Shown here: positions 41,349-45,710 of the stretch, one piece after another
How the letters are laid out: each line of letters starts with the position of its first letter
How positions within the stretch are numbered: the first letter of the stretch is position 1
IMG/VR virus record: IMGVR_UViG_2526164664_000035
Direction: 5' to 3' (one strand)
Source: a virus
Lineage: Duplodnaviria; Heunggongvirae; Uroviricota; Caudoviricetes
DNA length: 45,710 nucleotides
The notes under the pieces: generated by a model
Told to the model about the DNA's origin: nothing
What the model saw: only the letters and a program-made list of their open reading frames with translations
Database searches by the model: none
Translations under genes and position numbers: made by a program

Positions 41349-42167
41349 TCAATCCGTTATAACTCGGTGAAGACTATATTTTTTAATGACACCAAGAAAG
41401 TTTCTGATTGATGTCACCTCTAGCCGTACACGAGTAAAATCACCATTATCTGTGTTGACGTCTAAGTTTCTAGATAGCCAGCGTTTTTGATCTGCTGGAA
41501 AATCTCTCCAAAGATATGAAGGTTCAAAACTTACAGACTCAGAATCTTCCTCAAGAATGAGCCTTCCCGTCCCCGTTAGCCGATTAAATCTTGTAATAGA
41601 AGCTTCAATAATGATCCTTTCATCATCGGCACGTTCAACAATTAGATTTTCAAGGGTCGTGTGATCATACCGAGCAAGATTTGTCCTTCTCCGTTTCAGC
41701 TCAACAGTATAATTTTGTTCTTCTATGGGCTTATGAAGCTTCAATAGTGGGCCATAAAGCCTCTTCATTAATGAACTATAATCTGACTCAAGTTCTTTAA
41801 CAATTCTAGCAGCCCTTTTATATGTGAAATTATAAGGTGTTAATAATGGTCTTGTAAGATAATAAGACATAACATCTAGAAATGCCCCCTCTCCGATTGC
41901 GCCATAGTTTCTACGTTGTTCCTCACCTGTGATCTTGAGCATGAAACGTTGTCTAAACGACCCTTCATAACTGGTACGAAAAGATGCGGTTATGCCTTCG
42001 ATTGATGGGATTTTAGTAACTACTTCGCGATTTAGAATCGTATTAGTGAGGACTGTAACTATCTCTGACGTGCCTTCAAGTGCTTTTGACCCATAGTAAA
42101 AATCAAGCTCTGTGAATCTTTCTTCTCCATCACTTACTACCATTTCCATGGGAACATGAATTTCCAT
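41349..42167 (-). CDS. Hypothetical cytoplasmic protein, first gene of the AT-rich cluster
   Basis: 272-aa ORF with no recognised motif; translationally coupled to the downstream 2-TM gene; AT-rich context. Confidence 0.5.
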   Translation of the reverse strand: MEIHVPMEMVVSDGEERFTELDFYYGSKALEGTSEIVTVLTNTILNREVVTKIPSIEGITASFRTSYEGSFRQRFMLKITGEEQRRNYGAIGEGAFLDVMSYYLTRPLLTPYNFTYKRAARIVKELESDYSSLMKRLYGPLLKLHKPIEEQNYTVELKRRRTNLARYDHTTLENLIVERADDERIIIEASITRFNRLTGTGRLILEEDSESVSFEPSYLWRDFPADQKRWLSRNLDVNTDNGDFTRVRLEVTSIRNFLGVIKKYSLHRVITD

Positions 42168-42509
42168 TCTCTAATTCCAAATAAAAACCATGGGTTTAAT
42201 ATGTCCTAATTGATTTGGTTTTGGCAACTATTTTTGATTGTTTTTCAAGAATAATTCGAAAGCTATTAATTAATGGCTGGAACTAATAGGTTCCAGTTTT
42301 CAACTAATCCAGTGACCTGCTCCCCGCTGATCAACTCAGACTGTTGTTAGCAACTTACGCTCCTGGTACGGAGCGGGCATTGATTACCCGCTCCGTTCAC
42401 GTTCCGCCTGGAAGTTCTGCAATTTATGTCTATCGGCTATTGAAAACCTTCCGGTCCTTCCCAATATCGAAACTGGCACCTTTGCCAGATAACAAAGAGA
42501 TACGGGAAC

Positions 42510-42830
42510 ATGATGTACGTCTACAGAAGACCTCCAAATCAGCTCCTTTCCATTTCTCGTTTGAAGCAGTATTTGTTGCATGAGGTGGAATCAAATCAAC
42601 ACATCATGAGACAGTGGGAATCTGCCAGAACGGCACTTCGAAACATCCGTAACAAAGGGCATGATCCAGACACCGCCTCCTGGGTTTCACTTAAAAATGA
42701 TCCCCGAGTCTTCACGAATGGCGCAGATGAAAAGCATGGGTTCATTTTTGTTGACGACGACGATCAATCAGTCCTTGTTGTGGCCTCCTGGGTGATAGAT
42801 GAGTACGGTTCCCCCCTCACTACATATTAA
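42510..42830 (+). CDS. Hypothetical small acidic protein
   Basis: ORF upstream of the HEPN-like gene; DDDD acidic patch; the real start may be the internal Met (MRQWES...). No nucleotidyltransferase GS...DxD motif seen. Confidence 0.3.
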   Translation: MMYVYRRPPNQLLSISRLKQYLLHEVESNQHIMRQWESARTALRNIRNKGHDPDTASWVSLKNDPRVFTNGADEKHGFIFVDDDDQSVLVVASWVIDEYGSPLTTY

Positions 42831-42947
42831 TCCCTGTACCTGGACAGAAGAGTTTTCTGTCCACAACTACCAATAGCTTTACATAATGTGTGCATCTAAC
42901 TTCAATAAGTTACTTCATTACCAATAATGTCTAAAAAGGAAACGCGC

Positions 42948-43420
42948 ATGGATATTGATACGCTGGGTGGCCAGGAACTTCGGGATAAGATTTTTGCTGG
43001 GCTCAAAATATACGAGGGTAAACCCTTCATCGAACGGTTCGGTCTGTTTATGGGCAAGGCACAGTTGCTAGAGTTTGGCCTAAAAAAATTCTTGTTTCTT
43101 TTCCGGGATACAACCTTGATGAAGAAAAATTAGAGAGGCTGACATTAGGCCAGACCCGCGTTGAGCTTAAAAAGCTGGGGCTGCGCACGGACTATAATGC
43201 TTACCTGAAGTCATTCAAAGATCAGCGCAATACGATGGCTCACGAGTTCCTTGCTAATTTTGCGGTCACACAGCAGCTTTTAGACGGAGCTGCACTTATT
43301 CGCACATTTGAGCGTGAGTTAGACCATGCCTGTTACGCGGTGGAGCAGTTGATCATCCTTTTCGACTTCATCAACGGTGCCGGTGACGTAACCGCCTGGC
43401 TTGAGCCTACTGCCCCCTGA
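42948..43420 (+). pseudogene. HepT-like HEPN-domain protein gene interrupted by a frameshift at an A7 tract
   Basis: ORFs 42927-43133 and 43235-43420 overlap in two open frames; adding one A to the A7 run at 43082-43088 fuses them into one ~157-aa ORF containing RNTMAHEF (an Rx4HxY-type HEPN motif with F in place of Y). AAGGA RBS before the Met at 42948. Confidence 0.45.
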
Positions 43421-43720
43421 TACTTCGTATGCTTTTATCTCTAGGCTGGACAGAATAGTAATTCTGTCCAGGTATGCAGAATGGCTGTCTATATATCTTC
43501 ATTAGTTCACAGTAGGTTACCGGCGGCTTTGAGCGAACAGCGGAACTTCGCCCTTTAATAAATGATAATAAATTTTCATTATCACTTTAGTTGAAAATGG
43601 TGTCGAAGATGAAGAGAAATGTCATATTAGCCTACGGAGTACTTGTGAAATAAATTCATAGCATTCCCTAACATCTAAACTTAGGGCTCACTGAACGATG
43701 GTGAACCCTATGCCATTGGG

Positions 43721-44575
43721 TTAATAACTATTGATAATTTTGTGAAGTGCAGGGTTAATTGTCGATGAAATATCAAAATCGGAATTTCTAATCGACCCAG
43801 TGCTCCATCCCTCTTTGAAAAAGAGCAGTATAAGGTTAATATATGAATTGTAAGAATCAATAGTTGATTTTACTTCATTCGAAAGATATTTTAGTCGAGG
43901 GTTTACTTTAACAGCAACTGCTAATTCATCATATTTATTCAAAGTATCGTTCAGTTCTGATGGGAAATCGTCACTTGGAAACCCACAAATAAACTGCTCA
44001 TCAATATAATTATCTTTTAAGTATTTACCTAACTTATCTAGTTTACTTTTAATCCCTACTACACTTTCAATGATTTCCTTATCATAATCGCTCAAAAATA
44101 TCTTTAGCCATGCTGACTTATCGGTTTTCAGCAATGAGTTCTTATCCTCCTCGAACATTATGGTTACTGTTTCATAACCTTTTTCCTCGGCTCTATTTAA
44201 ATATTTTCTTAATTCACTTTTCGGAAGATGCTTCCAGTACAAGCTAGGCTCTTTTGAATTGTTATTAAGACAGGTCCGAATAATAACAACTGGATCATTT
44301 ATGCTTTCCCAATAAGCTATATTTTTCATGGGTACAGAAACATTAGGGTTTTCTTCTAGCGTAGTCGCGGTTGTTTTCACCTGCACACCAATAAACATTC
44401 CAGTTGAATGATTTTGGTCATCATAAACTTCAACTTGAGCATCTAACCCCATATCAATATCAAGAATACGGCAAGGCCAGATGAAATTACTTGATATCCA
44501 GTATGCAAAATAAAACTCTCCGGCATTACCATTTGCCACTACGTCTATATATCTCATACCGATATTTGTATTCAT
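43721..44575 (-). CDS. Hypothetical protein with N-terminal PD-(D/E)xK-like (DUF4365-like) nuclease motifs
   Basis: 284 aa, AT-rich; N-terminal ...GEFYFAYWISSNFIWPCRILDIDMGLDAQVEVY...GMFIGVQVKT shows a D-x-D...E/Q-x-K pattern. Family assignment is from memory only. Confidence 0.45.
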   Translation of the reverse strand: MNTNIGMRYIDVVANGNAGEFYFAYWISSNFIWPCRILDIDMGLDAQVEVYDDQNHSTGMFIGVQVKTTATTLEENPNVSVPMKNIAYWESINDPVVIIRTCLNNNSKEPSLYWKHLPKSELRKYLNRAEEKGYETVTIMFEEDKNSLLKTDKSAWLKIFLSDYDKEIIESVVGIKSKLDKLGKYLKDNYIDEQFICGFPSDDFPSELNDTLNKYDELAVAVKVNPRLKYLSNEVKSTIDSYNSYINLILLFFKEGWSTGSIRNSDFDISSTINPALHKIINSY

Positions 44576-44711
44576 TAATACTCCCCCACGGCTAAATACT
44601 ATTTCCCCTTTGTATATTACAATGGTTTAACGCAATCAACTGCTAAAGCGCTGCTTTTAAACTTCAACTAAACAACCTACAACCCATTGTAATTACTTTA
44701 AAAACTATTAA

Positions 44712-45710
44712 CTAACTCTGTTTTTCATTTAATTTATCAAATATTTTACCCAAAGTAAGCAAAAGTCGCTCTTGAAATTGATTGGTAATCTCTGGGAGTC
44801 GATTATTTATTTTGGTATCACCACCATAAAATAAATTTCTACTTTTATACGATTCAAAACGTCCTTCTGATGTTTGGTCAGGGAAAAGCAAATATTTTTC
44901 AATACATGCGTTGTTCCGGATAACTCTGTATGCTTTTGGCATATCGTCTAAAAGACCATCATGTATGATATGGTTTCGTACACTTTCTATTTCATTAATA
45001 AATGGGCATTGCTCAAACAAAGATCCTTTATAATTATTTAAGCTCACTTTCTTTTTATCACCATATTGAGAGTTCTTGGATGTGAGTTTAACATAAGAAG
45101 AGAACTGTGTTTTTAAATTTTCAATTTCTATAGCTAGTTTTGTTATGTAGTCGAGCAAACTGTACATGCGGATATAAATAAATCCAAGTAATGCAAAGAG
45201 CTTAGTCACGACTGGAGATGTAACATATCTTATACCGTCCTCCTCTTCAATGTTAGGGAAAAACAAGGGTTCAAAATTCAACGTGTAATAAAACTCCCCT
45301 TGTAGTTGCAACACTTCCTTGCTGCATTCCTGTATGCTACTTACAATTTTACAGCAATCAAAAAGGTAAAGGCCTTTATTTACGTCAGTATGCCCTTTGA
45401 ATTTATCAATAAATAAAACAAATGTTTCTTTTGAAACTACGGATTCAGAGTTCAAACCTGCTGTTGATAAAAACTCAGGGGCCATATAAAGGAACTTGTG
45501 GTAGTTTTCTAATCCATCAAAAATGCTATTAGCTAGAGCATCATGAATATTAACGCATAATGCATCGATCGCATAAAGATGATTCCCTCTGTTCGGGTAC
45601 CATCCACCTTGAGGATCATGTATAAAGTAAATGTCCTCACCTCCAATTGAGTCAGTTGGTATCCCTCTTAAAGTCAAATACATGCTTTCATATGAAGGTA
45701 TCATATCCAT
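44712..45710 (-). CDS. Hypothetical protein, possible HEPN/Abi-like; 5' end at the window edge
   Basis: 332-aa ORF, AT-rich; contains VRNHIIHDG (an Rx4H HEPN-like motif). The first codon sits on the last bases of the window, so the N-terminus may be incomplete. Confidence 0.4.
   Translation of the reverse strand: MDMIPSYESMYLTLRGIPTDSIGGEDIYFIHDPQGGWYPNRGNHLYAIDALCVNIHDALANSIFDGLENYHKFLYMAPEFLSTAGLNSESVVSKETFVLFIDKFKGHTDVNKGLYLFDCCKIVSSIQECSKEVLQLQGEFYYTLNFEPLFFPNIEEEDGIRYVTSPVVTKLFALLGFIYIRMYSLLDYITKLAIEIENLKTQFSSYVKLTSKNSQYGDKKKVSLNNYKGSLFEQCPFINEIESVRNHIIHDGLLDDMPKAYRVIRNNACIEKYLLFPDQTSEGRFESYKSRNLFYGGDTKINNRLPEITNQFQERLLLTLGKIFDKLNEKQS

Noticed and set aside
1-45710. CRISPR arrays
   Set aside because: No run of regularly spaced short direct repeats with unique spacers seen on either strand.

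Overview
This window reads as a tandem, integrase-associated accessory region. (1) Positions 1 to ~27,831 are a defective Sf6/HK620-like (P22-like podovirus) prophage: an intact P4/IntC-type integrase, an O-antigen acyltransferase, a tailspike with a P22-type head-binding N-terminus, a complete ejection/needle/coat/scaffold/portal/terminase module, and a lambda-type lysis and Q/nin module. The immunity and replication region is missing; an IS3-family element sits exactly where ninF is cut off. (2) From ~28,000 a second, frameshifted integrase begins a degraded island: a 1.3 kb AT-rich ORF-free stretch, a decayed IS3-like element, an intact IS66-family element followed by a 5'-truncated IS66 copy, and unclassified cargo. 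The best candidates for an undescribed system are a nuclease-NTPase gene with a co-directional membrane-protein gene (31,929-35,949), separated by a 14-bp inverted-repeat-bounded segment; an AT-rich three-gene operon (40,614-42,167); a HepT-like HEPN gene broken at an A7 tract (42,948-43,420); and two further nuclease-like/HEPN-like genes at the right edge. All calls come from reading the sequence and ORF translations against remembered protein families and phage sequences; no database search or GC calculation was run. No CRISPR array, rRNA or complete tRNA was found.
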